The notes: generated by a model from the letters alone, not told the origin. A DNA stretch of 64,000 nucleotides from Bacteroidales bacterium (GCA_024762655.1 JANTHB010000002.1:8007-72006), one strand, 5' to 3'. Shown: positions 20,198 through 30,241, counted from the stretch's first letter. Numbers and translations: made by a program.

Positions 20198-21337
20198 ATG
20201 GATTTAAATGATTACTTCGATCCTGTCAGCATTCAGAAACCCCTGATCCGTAATGTTCGCCCGGGCGATGAACTGGGAAAGAAGCTTATTATCCACACCC
20301 CCGACAGGCCGGTACCCGATCTTTTGGGGATGGATATTGCACTGGTGGGGGTTCCAGAAGACCGGAATTCGCAGAACAAAGGAGCTTCCTCCGCCCCGGA
20401 TCATATCAGACAAAAATTTTATTCTCTGAGCAGGATCAGAAAAAAGATCAGAATGATTGATCTGGGAAATATGCGTCCCGGGAAAACCCCGACAGATACG
20501 TATTTCGGGATACGGGACGTGGTATGTCATTTGATGGAAAATCAGGTGGTACCTGTGATTATGGGCGGCACACAGGATATTACTTACGGATGTCACGAAG
20601 CCTTGATGAAGCTCAAAAAAAGGTCCGAACTGGTTACTGTCGATGCCCGGCTTGATCTTGACAAAGGCACCAAAGAATTTTCCTCGGAGAATTGGTTGGA
20701 AAAAATCATCAGAAGGAAAACACCCGGTATTCACTATACCAATCTTGGACATCAGGAATACATGACCGGCCCTAATGATCTGAAGAAATTGGGTAAACAT
20801 GCCCATCAGTCTTACCGGCTTGGAAGAGTACGATCGGATATGAAGTATTTTGAGCCTTTTTTCCGGGATGCCTTCATCCATAGTTTTGATATCTCGGCCG
20901 TACGCCAAAGTGATGCACCCGGTACGTTCAATACTTCTCCCAACGGATTCAGCGGTATGGAGATGTGCCAGATGGCCCGTTTCTCAGGGTTGAGTGATCA
21001 TATCTCCGTATTTCTGATTACCGAAGTCAATCCTTTGCTGGATAACCGGGATCAGACCTCCCACCTGGCTGCACAAATCATTTGGTATTTCGCGGATGCC
21101 TTTGCCCAAAGAATTGTTGAAACCCCGGACCCTGCAGATGAAAAATTCACACAATATATCGTTAGTCTTTCAGACAGCGATTTTAAGCTGACTTTTCTGA
21201 AAAGCAGTCAAACCGACCGCTGGTGGATCAAAACCCCCGATGAGGAGAACACCCGGTGGAAGGCCTGCTCCTATCAGGATTATCAAATGGCGGGGGCCCA
21301 GGAAATCCCCGAAAGATGGCTGGACTTTTTCAAATAA
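20198..21337 (+). CDS. Arginase/formiminoglutamase-fold protein with degenerate metal-binding motifs
   Basis: Ureohydrolase-family layout: IALVGVPED...GASSAPDHIR, GGTQDIT (canonical GGDHS), VDARLDLD (canonical DAHxD), FDISAVRQSDAPG (canonical DxDxxDPxxAPG) and ITEVNP. Confidence 0.75.
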   Translation: MDLNDYFDPVSIQKPLIRNVRPGDELGKKLIIHTPDRPVPDLLGMDIALVGVPEDRNSQNKGASSAPDHIRQKFYSLSRIRKKIRMIDLGNMRPGKTPTDTYFGIRDVVCHLMENQVVPVIMGGTQDITYGCHEALMKLKKRSELVTVDARLDLDKGTKEFSSENWLEKIIRRKTPGIHYTNLGHQEYMTGPNDLKKLGKHAHQSYRLGRVRSDMKYFEPFFRDAFIHSFDISAVRQSDAPGTFNTSPNGFSGMEMCQMARFSGLSDHISVFLITEVNPLLDNRDQTSHLAAQIIWYFADAFAQRIVETPDPADEKFTQYIVSLSDSDFKLTFLKSSQTDRWWIKTPDEENTRWKACSYQDYQMAGAQEIPERWLDFFK

Positions 21338-21483
21338 GAATCCATTGCAACTCCTTTTCTGACAGGACATAGCAAAAATATTTCCTATCCGGTAACTTTT
21401 TTTCTGAAATCCAGTATAAAGGTAAGCATTTCCGAAAGTCAACTTATTAACAATGAATTGTTGATAGATTTGCCTAATTATAA

Positions 21484-21491
21484 TATTTTTG
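21484..21491 (+). promoter_or_regulatory. Candidate -7 box (TATTTTTG) for the porP-gldKLMN operon
   Basis: It matches TAnnTTTG. A TTG TTG lies about 20 nt upstream, and the porP ATG is 73 nt downstream. Confidence 0.35.
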
Positions 21492-21563
21492 CTTAATTTA
21501 CTTCGGTTAAAATCCGATTATTATTAAAAATAAGTTGAGGTTAATTTGTTGACTACGAGGTGG

Positions 21564-22514
21564 ATGAAAAAATTTATTAGCATAAGTGTTCTCATTATCG
21601 GAGTTTTTATGAATATCCTTGGACAGCAAGACCCGCAAAACAGCCAGTTTATGTTCAATAAACTGATTTTTAACCCGGGGTATGCCGGTAACAGTGGCGG
21701 TATATGTGCCACTGCCTCAGCCAGGCAGCAATGGGTAGGTTTTGAAGGGGCTCCGTCCACCACTGTCTTTTATGCGGATGCTGCCGTGAAACCCTTTAAT
21801 ATATCCAGTGGCGTAGGTCTTTCCATCGGCAATGATCAACTGGGGTTTGAAAAGAATCTTAGCATTGCGGGAACTTATGCTTACCGCCTGGATCTTGGAA
21901 AAGGAACGCTTGGGATCGGACTGAACCTGGGCTTTTATAATAAAGCACTGGACCCTACCTGGGAGATCCCTACCAGCGATTATCACACACCGGCCAGCGG
22001 GGACCCCCTGATACCGGAAGGAAAGGAGAGCTTCGTGGCTTTCGACATGGGACTGGGACTGTTTTACAGCACAGAAAATTTCTACATTGGAGTTTCTTCT
22101 ACTCATATCAACCAGCCCGGTTTTAAATTAAACACGGGAACCTCTTTTACTTTTATGGCACGACATTATTATGTCACCGGCGGCTACTCCCTGCGATTGC
22201 CCAATCCCGTTTTCGAAGTGTTGCCTTCTTTTTTCCTGCAATCCGACGGAAAAGCCACACAGTTAACAATTAATACAAATTTATTATACAATAAAAAAAT
22301 ATGGGGGGGCGTTTCTTACAGAACAGGAGATGCATTAGTTGCTTTGTTGGGACTACAATTAATCAATGGATTAAGAATAGGGTATTCTTATGATTTTCCG
22401 ACGTCAGATATTAGAAAAAATACCGGAGGCACCCATGAATTAATGTTAAAATACTGTTTTGACATTAGTCTGGAGCACGTACCCAAACGTTATAAAAGTA
22501 TTCGTTTTTTATGA
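21564..22514 (+). CDS. porP: T9SS membrane protein, PorP/SprF family
   Basis: Signal peptide followed by QQDPQNSQFMFNKLIFNPGYAG, the PorP/SprF signature. It lies immediately upstream of gldK. The ATG at 21564 is preferred. Confidence 0.88.
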   Translation: MKKFISISVLIIGVFMNILGQQDPQNSQFMFNKLIFNPGYAGNSGGICATASARQQWVGFEGAPSTTVFYADAAVKPFNISSGVGLSIGNDQLGFEKNLSIAGTYAYRLDLGKGTLGIGLNLGFYNKALDPTWEIPTSDYHTPASGDPLIPEGKESFVAFDMGLGLFYSTENFYIGVSSTHINQPGFKLNTGTSFTFMARHYYVTGGYSLRLPNPVFEVLPSFFLQSDGKATQLTINTNLLYNKKIWGGVSYRTGDALVALLGLQLINGLRIGYSYDFPTSDIRKNTGGTHELMLKYCFDISLEHVPKRYKSIRFL

Positions 22515-22561
22515 TTTTTGGAAAATTTTATTTTACTTGCAGTATTAATTAAAGTTGCGTT

Positions 22562-23896
22562 ATGAAAAAAATTGTCTTTGTTGGTTTAGTCGTCGCTTTT
22601 ATCTTAAGCGGTTGCGGTAGCTCTTATAACGGAGAGCTGGTTGGAGTGCAAACCAAAAGGAAATATTTTGAACCGGAACCCCTGGGCATGGTTTTCATTC
22701 CCCAGGGAAGTTTCAATATTGGTCCCAGTGACCAGGATATAAGCTGGGCTATGAACTCGGCCAGCAAGACGGTTACCGTGGATGCTTTCTGGATGGATGA
22801 AACCGAAATCACTAATAGTGAGTACAGACAATTCATCAACTATGTCAGGGACTCCATCATCCGCTTTAAACTGGGAGAAGCCGGGGTTGAAGGATTTTAC
22901 AAAGTTGATGAAAACGGAGATGAGTATGATCCGCCTGTTATCGATTGGGAAACGAAAATCGATATGAAAAACGAAGATGTTAAAAATGTTGTTGAGGAGA
23001 TGTATTATTCCCCCAATGAGCGTTTTTTCGGACGCAAACAAATTGATACGCGAAAATTGATTTATGCCTATTTCTGGGTTGACCTGAAACAGGCAGCCAA
23101 AACAGCCAATAGCTGGGATTATAAAACCCAAAGCTATCACGGAGAAGTGTTCAATCAGAAAGGCGAAAAAGTTCCTATCCAGGACCGTTCTGCCTTTATC
23201 TTTCATGATCAGGTACCCTGCTATCCCGATACCCTTGTTTGGATACGCGATTTCACCTATTCTTACAATGAACCCTGGACTAATATGTATTTCTGGCATC
23301 CCTCGTTCTATGATTATCCTATTGTCGGAGTAACCTGGAAGCAAGCCAATGCATTCAGCATTTGGCGCACAAAATACCTCAATGATTTTCTGGCAAGTGA
23401 GGGAAGGCCTTTTGTTCAGGAATACCGGTTGCCGACAGAAACAGAGTGGGAATATGCCGCCCGGGGCGGTCTGGAGCTCTCCATGTATCCCTGGGGAGGC
23501 ATTTATACCCGTAACGATAAAGGGTGTTTCCTGGCCAACTTTAAACCCCTTCGTGGAAATTATATTGATGACGGAGCCCTGGTCACCAACAAGGTAGGTT
23601 CCTATGAACCCAATGAGTTCGGATTATATGACATGGCCGGGAATGTAGCCGAATGGACCAGCAGCGCTTATGATGAATCCGCTTACATGTTCATCCATGA
23701 CATGAATCCGGACTATAAATACAATGCCCGTCCCGACGAAACTTCGGTGATGAAGAGAAAAGTTATTCGTGGAGGATCCTGGAAAGACATTGCTTTCTAT
23801 CTGCAGGTAAGTACACGTACTTATGAATACCAGGATTCCGCGAAATCATTTGTCGGTTTTAGAAATGTCAGATCTTATATGGGGACCGGACAATAG
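22562..23896 (+). CDS. gldK: Gliding motility/T9SS lipoprotein GldK (PorK)
   Basis: Lipobox LSGCGSS. An FGE/SUMF1-like domain is present (FWMDETEITNSEYRQF, VTWKQANAF, RLPTETEWEYAARGG, GNVAEWT, RGGSW). Confidence 0.93.
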   Translation: MKKIVFVGLVVAFILSGCGSSYNGELVGVQTKRKYFEPEPLGMVFIPQGSFNIGPSDQDISWAMNSASKTVTVDAFWMDETEITNSEYRQFINYVRDSIIRFKLGEAGVEGFYKVDENGDEYDPPVIDWETKIDMKNEDVKNVVEEMYYSPNERFFGRKQIDTRKLIYAYFWVDLKQAAKTANSWDYKTQSYHGEVFNQKGEKVPIQDRSAFIFHDQVPCYPDTLVWIRDFTYSYNEPWTNMYFWHPSFYDYPIVGVTWKQANAFSIWRTKYLNDFLASEGRPFVQEYRLPTETEWEYAARGGLELSMYPWGGIYTRNDKGCFLANFKPLRGNYIDDGALVTNKVGSYEPNEFGLYDMAGNVAEWTSSAYDESAYMFIHDMNPDYKYNARPDETSVMKRKVIRGGSWKDIAFYLQVSTRTYEYQDSAKSFVGFRNVRSYMGTGQ

Positions 23897-23946
23897 GAAC
23901 CAAATTTAAACCGTAAACTATAATTTTTATTAAATAATTACTAATT

Positions 23947-24864
23947 ATGAAATTAAGAGAAATAGTTCAGACCAGTGGCTGGAAAAATTTCATGGCCAAG
24001 TTGTACGGATGGGGTGCTTCTGTTGTAATTATAGGGGCTTTATTTAAAATTCAGCACTACCCCGGGGCCGGCTTAATGCTTATCATGGGGCTAAGTACCG
24101 AAGCAATTATTTTCTTCTTTTCGGCTTTTGAACCTCCTCATGAAGAACCGGACTGGACCTTGGTATATCCTGAACTGGCAGGTCTTTCCGATGAAGACGA
24201 ACTGGAACTTCCTTCCGGGAGAAGCCATGGAGGCGGGTATGGCGGTTCCGGCGCTGCTCTGGAGAAGTTTGACAAAATGCTCGAGGAAGGAGAGATTACA
24301 CCCGATCTTTTCAATAAACTGGGTCAGGGACTGAACAAGCTTAGTCAAACGGCAGAAAAACTGAATGATATTTCTGACGCTGCTGTAGCAACCAATAAAT
24401 ATTCCGAAAGTATGGTGAAAGCTGCAGAGACCGTTGATAAGCATACTGAGAATTATGTCAGTTCTACCGAAGAACTGAAAAGTTCGGTAGATCATCTTTC
24501 CGAATCGTATGATAAAACAGCCAATCTGATTTCCGAATCGGGGACCAATTATCAGCGCCTTGCCGAATCTTTTACTCACATCGAAGACGGAAGCAAGTCC
24601 TATAACGAAAACCTTGAAACCCTCAATAAAAACCTGTCTGCCTTGAACGCTGTGTATGAATTGCAACTACAGACTTCCAATGAACAACTCAAAAAGGCAG
24701 AGGATGCTTATTCCGGTCTCGCCCAGATGATGGAAGATCTGAAAGCTTCTGCTGAAAGTTCCAGTAAATACAGAGAAGAAGTTACCAAACTCAGCGAAAA
24801 TCTTTCCGAACTTAATACCATCTACGGAAATATGCTTGCTGCGATGAACGTGATGAGGAAATAA
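23947..24864 (+). CDS. gldL: Gliding motility/T9SS protein GldL (PorL)
   Basis: Two N-terminal TM helices (LYGWGASVVIIGALFKIQHY; LMLIMGLSTEAIIFFFSAFEP), with the conserved TM2 Glu present, then a coiled-coil-like cytoplasmic tail. Operon position fits. Confidence 0.9.
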   Translation: MKLREIVQTSGWKNFMAKLYGWGASVVIIGALFKIQHYPGAGLMLIMGLSTEAIIFFFSAFEPPHEEPDWTLVYPELAGLSDEDELELPSGRSHGGGYGGSGAALEKFDKMLEEGEITPDLFNKLGQGLNKLSQTAEKLNDISDAAVATNKYSESMVKAAETVDKHTENYVSSTEELKSSVDHLSESYDKTANLISESGTNYQRLAESFTHIEDGSKSYNENLETLNKNLSALNAVYELQLQTSNEQLKKAEDAYSGLAQMMEDLKASAESSSKYREEVTKLSENLSELNTIYGNMLAAMNVMRK

Positions 24865-24906
24865 GCTAAATATTTGAACGCATTTTTTCCATAAACGAAT
24901 AATATT

Positions 24907-26544
24907 ATGGCCCACGGAAAAGAGACTCCGAGACAAAAAATGATCGGGATGATGTATTTGGTTCTTACATCACTCCTGGCACTGAATGTCTCAAAAGAAG
25001 CTGTAGAAGCTTTTAAACTTGTTGATGAAAGTCTTACGGAAACCACTAAAATTAACGTAGAAAGGAATAAACTTGTTTATGATGATTTTGCCAGCAAGGC
25101 GGCCAGTAATCCGCAGAAAGCCGGGCCCTGGAAAGCTAAGGCAATGAAGGTGAAAGAACGAGCCGACGAGATGTATGATTATATTCAGAATTTGAAGCTT
25201 GAAATCGTACGTACGGCTGAAGGAGAAAAATCGGATGCGATCGACGGGAAAAATATCATTGTGGAGAATATTCATAAAATTGATGAAAACAATGTGCCTT
25301 CCCAGATTATGATCGGGGCTAATATGAACGGGAAAGCCTATGACTTGCATCATGCCCTCGACGAATACCGGGATTTCCTTTTGCAAATTATCGGGAAGAA
25401 GGACAATAACATTTCCGAGGCCATCAAACGTACGCTGAACACTTCGGATACTACAGACCCGGGAGGAGAAAAAGTCACCTGGGAAATACATAACTTCCAT
25501 ACACTGCCTCTGATTGCTGTGATTACCATCCTCTCCAAATTGCAGAGTGATGTCAGAAACACAGAAGGACAAACCCTCAATTATCTCTATGGGCAGATTG
25601 AAGCCAAGGATTTCAAGGTTAATAAACTGGAATCTTTTGTCTCTGCTACCAGTAATTATGTAATGAAAGGAGGAGCTTACCACGCTGAGGTGTTTATTGC
25701 CGCTACGGATACCACCACCACCCCACAGGTATTGGTTGGATCTTACAGGAAAATCAAAAATCCGGATGGAACGGATAAATATGTTATGACCGGGAGGTAT
25801 CAGCAATTGCCTGTTAACAAGAGCGGTCGTGGTATTTATGAAGTGCCGGCTAATAGTACCGGGGAAAAGGAATGGGGTGGACTGATCCGTATCAAATCGC
25901 CGTCAGGAGACACCATTGCCTATCCTTTCAAAGGAAAATACGTGGTGGCTGCCCCCAATGTGGTTGTATCTCCAACCGCCATGAATGTTTTCTATGTTGG
26001 AGTAGATAACCCTGTGGACATTTCGGTCCCGGGTGTGGGGTCGGATAAAATATCCGCTACCATGACCAACGGAATCATCAAAAGAGGAAGAACAAAAAAA
26101 TTCAGGGGCTCCTGGATAGTACGACCCAAAGTGCCCGGAAAAACTGCCCAGGTGCGTGTATCCGCAAACGTAAACGGGAAAAAGATATCTTTTCCGGGCA
26201 TTCCTTTCAGGGTGAAACGCGTACCTGATCCGGTGGCCAAGGTGGCCGGCAAAAAAGGTGGCCCGATAAGAAAAGCCACCCTTGCTGCTCAAAGTGTAGT
26301 ATTGGCTGAAATGGAGAATTTTGACTTTGACTTGAAATTCAAAGTTACCTCCTTTAGAATGTCTGTGGTCATCAAAGGGTTTACCTATGACGAATCTTCT
26401 AATAATAACCGGTTGACACCGAAGCAAAAAGGATTTATCAATCAAATGAGAAGAGGACAACGTGTCATCTTTGATGATATCAAAGCGGTAGGCCCTGATA
26501 ATACAACCCGGAAGCTGAATCCGATAATATTTACTATTCAATAA
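24907..26544 (+). CDS. gldM: Gliding motility/T9SS protein GldM (PorM)
   Basis: Characteristic start KETPRQKMIGMMYLVLTSLLALNVSKE and the operon position. Confidence 0.92.
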   Translation: MAHGKETPRQKMIGMMYLVLTSLLALNVSKEAVEAFKLVDESLTETTKINVERNKLVYDDFASKAASNPQKAGPWKAKAMKVKERADEMYDYIQNLKLEIVRTAEGEKSDAIDGKNIIVENIHKIDENNVPSQIMIGANMNGKAYDLHHALDEYRDFLLQIIGKKDNNISEAIKRTLNTSDTTDPGGEKVTWEIHNFHTLPLIAVITILSKLQSDVRNTEGQTLNYLYGQIEAKDFKVNKLESFVSATSNYVMKGGAYHAEVFIAATDTTTTPQVLVGSYRKIKNPDGTDKYVMTGRYQQLPVNKSGRGIYEVPANSTGEKEWGGLIRIKSPSGDTIAYPFKGKYVVAAPNVVVSPTAMNVFYVGVDNPVDISVPGVGSDKISATMTNGIIKRGRTKKFRGSWIVRPKVPGKTAQVRVSANVNGKKISFPGIPFRVKRVPDPVAKVAGKKGGPIRKATLAAQSVVLAEMENFDFDLKFKVTSFRMSVVIKGFTYDESSNNNRLTPKQKGFINQMRRGQRVIFDDIKAVGPDNTTRKLNPIIFTIQ

Positions 26545-26568
26545 AATAATCTAAAGAATTGTCCTGTT

Positions 26569-27414
26569 ATGAAAAGAGCGATTGGATTGATCATTATTAT
26601 GATGTTTGTAATGGGCCCCGCTATTTTATCTGTGCGGGCGCAGGATGAAAACCAGAAAAAGTGGATCTATAACAAATCCATGCAAAACAGAACACCTGTT
26701 CCTTATCCTTATCTCAGAGAAGCGGATGTTATGTGGGCTAAAAAAGTATGGCGGTTGGTAGACCTGAGACAAAAAATGAATCTTCCTCTTTATTATCCCA
26801 CCGCACCCATAGGAGACAGGAAAAGTCTTATAGATGTTATCTATGATGCCATCCGGGCAGGCGAGGTAAAAGCGTATGATCCGTTAAAAGATGATATGAC
26901 CCTGGAAATTACTCAGGATGATATCGAAAAAAAATTCGGGGCAGGATCGGAAACCATCCAGGTAGCCGACGAGAACGGAAATATGCATGATACAACCATC
27001 GTGAATAATGCAAATACTTCCGAAGTGAAGGAGTATATCGTTCAGGAAGTCTGGTATTTTGATAAAAAACTATCTTCCCTGAATGTAAGAATTTTGGGTC
27101 TGTGTCCTGTGAGGCTTAGTATGAACCCGAATACCAACCAGATGGAAAAGAGAAAATTGTTTTGGATCTATTATCCCGAATTCAGACGAATATTTGCTAA
27201 CCATGAAGCGTTTAACCCTTATAATGATGCTCAGAAGATTTCTTACGATGATCTCTTCCTACAGCGCCGTTTTTCCGGCTATATCATTGCCGAATCCAAT
27301 GTCTATGACAACCGGACTATTGATGAATACGAAACGGGTAGAGCTGCGTTGCTTGAGTCGGATCGTATCAAGAACTCTATTTTTAATATGGAACAGGATC
27401 TCTGGGAATATTAA
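26569..27414 (+). CDS. gldN: Gliding motility/T9SS protein GldN (PorN)
   Basis: Signal peptide, 281 aa, last gene of the K-L-M-N order. It contains the ...WAKKVWRLVDLRQKMN... type motif. Confidence 0.88.
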   Translation: MKRAIGLIIIMMFVMGPAILSVRAQDENQKKWIYNKSMQNRTPVPYPYLREADVMWAKKVWRLVDLRQKMNLPLYYPTAPIGDRKSLIDVIYDAIRAGEVKAYDPLKDDMTLEITQDDIEKKFGAGSETIQVADENGNMHDTTIVNNANTSEVKEYIVQEVWYFDKKLSSLNVRILGLCPVRLSMNPNTNQMEKRKLFWIYYPEFRRIFANHEAFNPYNDAQKISYDDLFLQRRFSGYIIAESNVYDNRTIDEYETGRAALLESDRIKNSIFNMEQDLWEY

Positions 27415-27426
27415 CCGGTACACGAT

Positions 27427-27455
27427 AAAAAAACGCTCCGCGGAGCGTTTTTTTT
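27427..27455. terminator. Bidirectional rho-independent terminator (gldN / manC-like convergent pair)
   Basis: AAAAAAA-CGCTCCG-CGGAGCG-TTTTTTTT is a perfect hairpin with an A-run and a T-run. Confidence 0.75.
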
Positions 27456-27479
27456 ATCCCTAGTCTTTCTTCATGTTAG

Positions 27480-28574
27480 TTAAACATACCTATCTCCCGT
27501 TTTAATTTGGACATCCCTGACAAACTGTTTGATACGTTGTTCTTCCTTTTTAGGACAAATCAACAACGTGTCTCCCGATTGAACCACGATGAAATCTTTT
27601 AGTCCGTGAATCACTACCAGACGATCATCATCAGACCGGACAATGGAGTTATTGGTTTCATAAAGCATTATTTTCCCTCCGGTTACCACATTCCCGTGAT
27701 CATCCCTTTCCGAATGCTCATACAATGAGTTCCATGTTCCCAGATCCGACCATCCGAAATCAGAGCAGAGGGCATATACATTCTCTGCTTTCTCCATGAT
27801 TGCATAGTCAATGGATATTTCCGTACAATTGGCATAGGTCTTGAAAATGAATTCTTTTTCCCGGTTCGTATTGTAAACGTCTGCTCCTTCAGCGAACAGG
27901 TGATAGAGGTCGGGCATATATTTATCAAATGCATCCAGAATAGACTGAACCGACCACACAAAAATACCGGAATTCCAATAAAAATCACCGCTCTTCAGAA
28001 AAAGCTCAGCCATTTTAAGATCCGGTTTTTCCGTAAAGGTCTTTACCTTTTTAATATTATTGTTATAGGAGTGTTTCAACCCTCCTTTTTTAATCTGAAT
28101 GTACCCGTATCCCGTTTCAGGACGGACGGGTTCAATGCCAAGGGTGACGAGAGCATCATTTCCTGCAGCAAAAGTCAATCCCTCTTTCACCAGCGTAAGA
28201 AATTTCTTTTCATCCTGAATAAAATGATCGGAGGGAGATACGACAACTACTGCATCGGGGTCCATTTTATGTATTTTATGACTCGAATAGATGACACATG
28301 GAGCCGTATTTTTACGTAACGGCTCGGAAATAACATGCTCAGGTTTAATCTCCGGTAATTGTTCCAAAACAATATCCGTATATTCTTCGTTCGTAACAAT
28401 GAATATGTTTTCCTTTGGACATATCTTTATAAACCGGGCATAGGTCATCTGCAACAATGATTTTCCAATTCCCAATATATCCAGAAATTGTTTGGGTTTA
28501 TCTACACGACTCAAAGGCCAGAACCGGCTTCCAACACCACCGGCCATAATTAAACAATAATGATGTTTATTCAT
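27480..28574 (-). CDS. Mannose-1-phosphate guanylyltransferase (nucleotidyltransferase domain type)
   Basis: CLIMAGGVGSRFWPLSRVDKPKQFL N-terminal nucleotidyltransferase motif. Length 364 aa. Confidence 0.85.
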   Translation of the reverse strand: MNKHHYCLIMAGGVGSRFWPLSRVDKPKQFLDILGIGKSLLQMTYARFIKICPKENIFIVTNEEYTDIVLEQLPEIKPEHVISEPLRKNTAPCVIYSSHKIHKMDPDAVVVVSPSDHFIQDEKKFLTLVKEGLTFAAGNDALVTLGIEPVRPETGYGYIQIKKGGLKHSYNNNIKKVKTFTEKPDLKMAELFLKSGDFYWNSGIFVWSVQSILDAFDKYMPDLYHLFAEGADVYNTNREKEFIFKTYANCTEISIDYAIMEKAENVYALCSDFGWSDLGTWNSLYEHSERDDHGNVVTGGKIMLYETNNSIVRSDDDRLVVIHGLKDFIVVQSGDTLLICPKKEEQRIKQFVRDVQIKTGDRYV

Positions 28575-28592
28575 TCGATTTTATTTTGAGCT

Positions 28593-28600
28593 CAAAGATA
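28593..28600 (-). promoter_or_regulatory. Candidate -7 box (TATCTTTG on the minus strand) for the manC-like gene
   Basis: CAAAGATA on the plus strand, 19 nt upstream of the ATG at 28574. Confidence 0.35.
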
Positions 28601-28654
28601 AATAAATAATATTGATTCGTTAAAATTCTTATTTTTACAAAATAAAACAAGGAT

Positions 28655-29398
28655 ATGCTTAAGATGTTTTATCATTTCGGGAGTTATTTTCTTCTGCTCG
28701 GGAAAGTTTTTTCCAGACCTGAAAAATGGAAGATCTATTACAGGCAGTTCCTTTATGAGCTGAACAACATTGGGATCAGTTCTCTTGGGATTGTTGTTAT
28801 AATTTCTGTGTTCATGGGGTCGGTGATAACCCTGCAAACCGCTTATAATACGGAAAGTCCTTTATTGCCAAAATATCTCATTGGATTAGGTTGCAGGGAT
28901 TCAATGATTCTTGAGTTTTCTTCTACGATGGTAGCCTTGATCCTGGCCGGGAAGGTTGGTTCCAATATTGCTTCGGAACTCGGCACCATGCGTATTACCG
29001 AACAAATTGATGCCTTGGAGATCATGGGGATCAATTCCGCCTCTTATCTGATCCTCCCCAAAATCGTGTCAGCATTGTTTTTTCATCCCTTTTTAACGAT
29101 AATCAGTATCCTCAGTGGAATTTTCGGGGGGTGGATCTCGGTGGTAATTACCCGTGTGATTTCTGTCCCCGATTTTCTTTACGGGGTACAATATGCCTTT
29201 AACCCTTTCTTTGTTACATATGCCTTGATCAAAACGCTTTTCTTTGCATTTATTATTATAACCGTATCCTCTTATCAGGGTTACACCGTTAAAGGAGGTG
29301 CGCTGGAAGTCGGGCGGGCCAGTACAAGAGCCGTAGTATACAGTAGTATTAATATCCTTCTTTTCAATGTGATCCTTACTCAATTGATACTTTCATGA
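28655..29398 (+). CDS. mlaE: MlaE-family ABC transporter permease
   Basis: Polytopic 247-aa permease with MlaE/Ttg2B-like motifs (LGTMRITEQIDALEIMGIN). It overlaps the ATPase gene by 4 nt. Confidence 0.8.
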   Translation: MLKMFYHFGSYFLLLGKVFSRPEKWKIYYRQFLYELNNIGISSLGIVVIISVFMGSVITLQTAYNTESPLLPKYLIGLGCRDSMILEFSSTMVALILAGKVGSNIASELGTMRITEQIDALEIMGINSASYLILPKIVSALFFHPFLTIISILSGIFGGWISVVITRVISVPDFLYGVQYAFNPFFVTYALIKTLFFAFIIITVSSYQGYTVKGGALEVGRASTRAVVYSSINILLFNVILTQLILS

Positions 29399-30153
29399 TA
29401 CGGGTAGAACATTTGGTAAAGGTTTTTGACGATGTGACCGTTCTGGAGGATATTTCCTGTACGTTTGAAAAAGGGAAAACCAATCTTATCATTGGTAGAA
29501 GCGGCTCGGGGAAAACCGTCTTGCTAAAATGCATTGTCGGGTTGTTCGAACCCTCAGACGGTGAAATATTTTACCGGGACCAGTCTTTTTCGAAACTAGA
29601 TTTCACCAGCAAGAAAGAAATCCGCAAGAAAATCGGGATGCTGTTTCAGGGAGCCGCTCTTTTTGATTCGGCCACCGTTGAGCAAAATGTGATGTTTCCC
29701 CTGGATATGTTTACCGAGATGTCCCATGAAGAAAAACGGGAACGTGCCAATTACTGCCTTGAAAAAGTAAATGTGGTAAATGCCAATCACCTTTTTCCTT
29801 CGGAAATTAGCGGAGGAATGAAAAAAAGGGTGGGATTGGCGCGTGCCATTGCCCTGAACCCCGAATATCTTTTCTGTGACGAACCCAACTCCGGCCTCGA
29901 CCCACAGACATCCATCCTGATCGACCAGCTTATCAAAGAGATTACCGAAGAATTCCAGACTACTACGATTGTGAATACCCACGACATGAATTCTGTCATG
30001 GGAATCGGGGAGAAAATCGTTTTTATCCATAACGGCCGGAAAGCCTGGGAAGGAAACAAACAGGATATTCTCTTTTCGGACAATAAGCTGCTGAATGAAT
30101 TTATCTTTGCCAACCAGATGGCCAGGGAACTTAGAAAAGCCAGGACCCGGTAG
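29395..30153 (+). CDS. mlaF: MlaF-like ABC transporter ATP-binding protein
   Basis: Walker A GRSGSGKT, ABC signature ISGGMKKRVGLARA and Walker B LFCDEP. Confidence 0.85.
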   Translation: MIRVEHLVKVFDDVTVLEDISCTFEKGKTNLIIGRSGSGKTVLLKCIVGLFEPSDGEIFYRDQSFSKLDFTSKKEIRKKIGMLFQGAALFDSATVEQNVMFPLDMFTEMSHEEKRERANYCLEKVNVVNANHLFPSEISGGMKKRVGLARAIALNPEYLFCDEPNSGLDPQTSILIDQLIKEITEEFQTTTIVNTHDMNSVMGIGEKIVFIHNGRKAWEGNKQDILFSDNKLLNEFIFANQMARELRKARTR

Positions 30154-30207
30154 ACAGAATATGCTTTTAAACAACCGGATGATCCATCTGTTTTGCTAAA
30201 ATAAAAT

Positions 30208-30215
30208 TACCTTTG
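30208..30215 (+). promoter_or_regulatory. Candidate -7 box (TACCTTTG) for the methionine gamma-lyase-like gene
   Basis: It matches TAnnTTTG, 27 nt upstream of the ATG at 30242. Confidence 0.35.
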
Positions 30216-30241
30216 CGCATAATAATGCAATATCTGTATAT

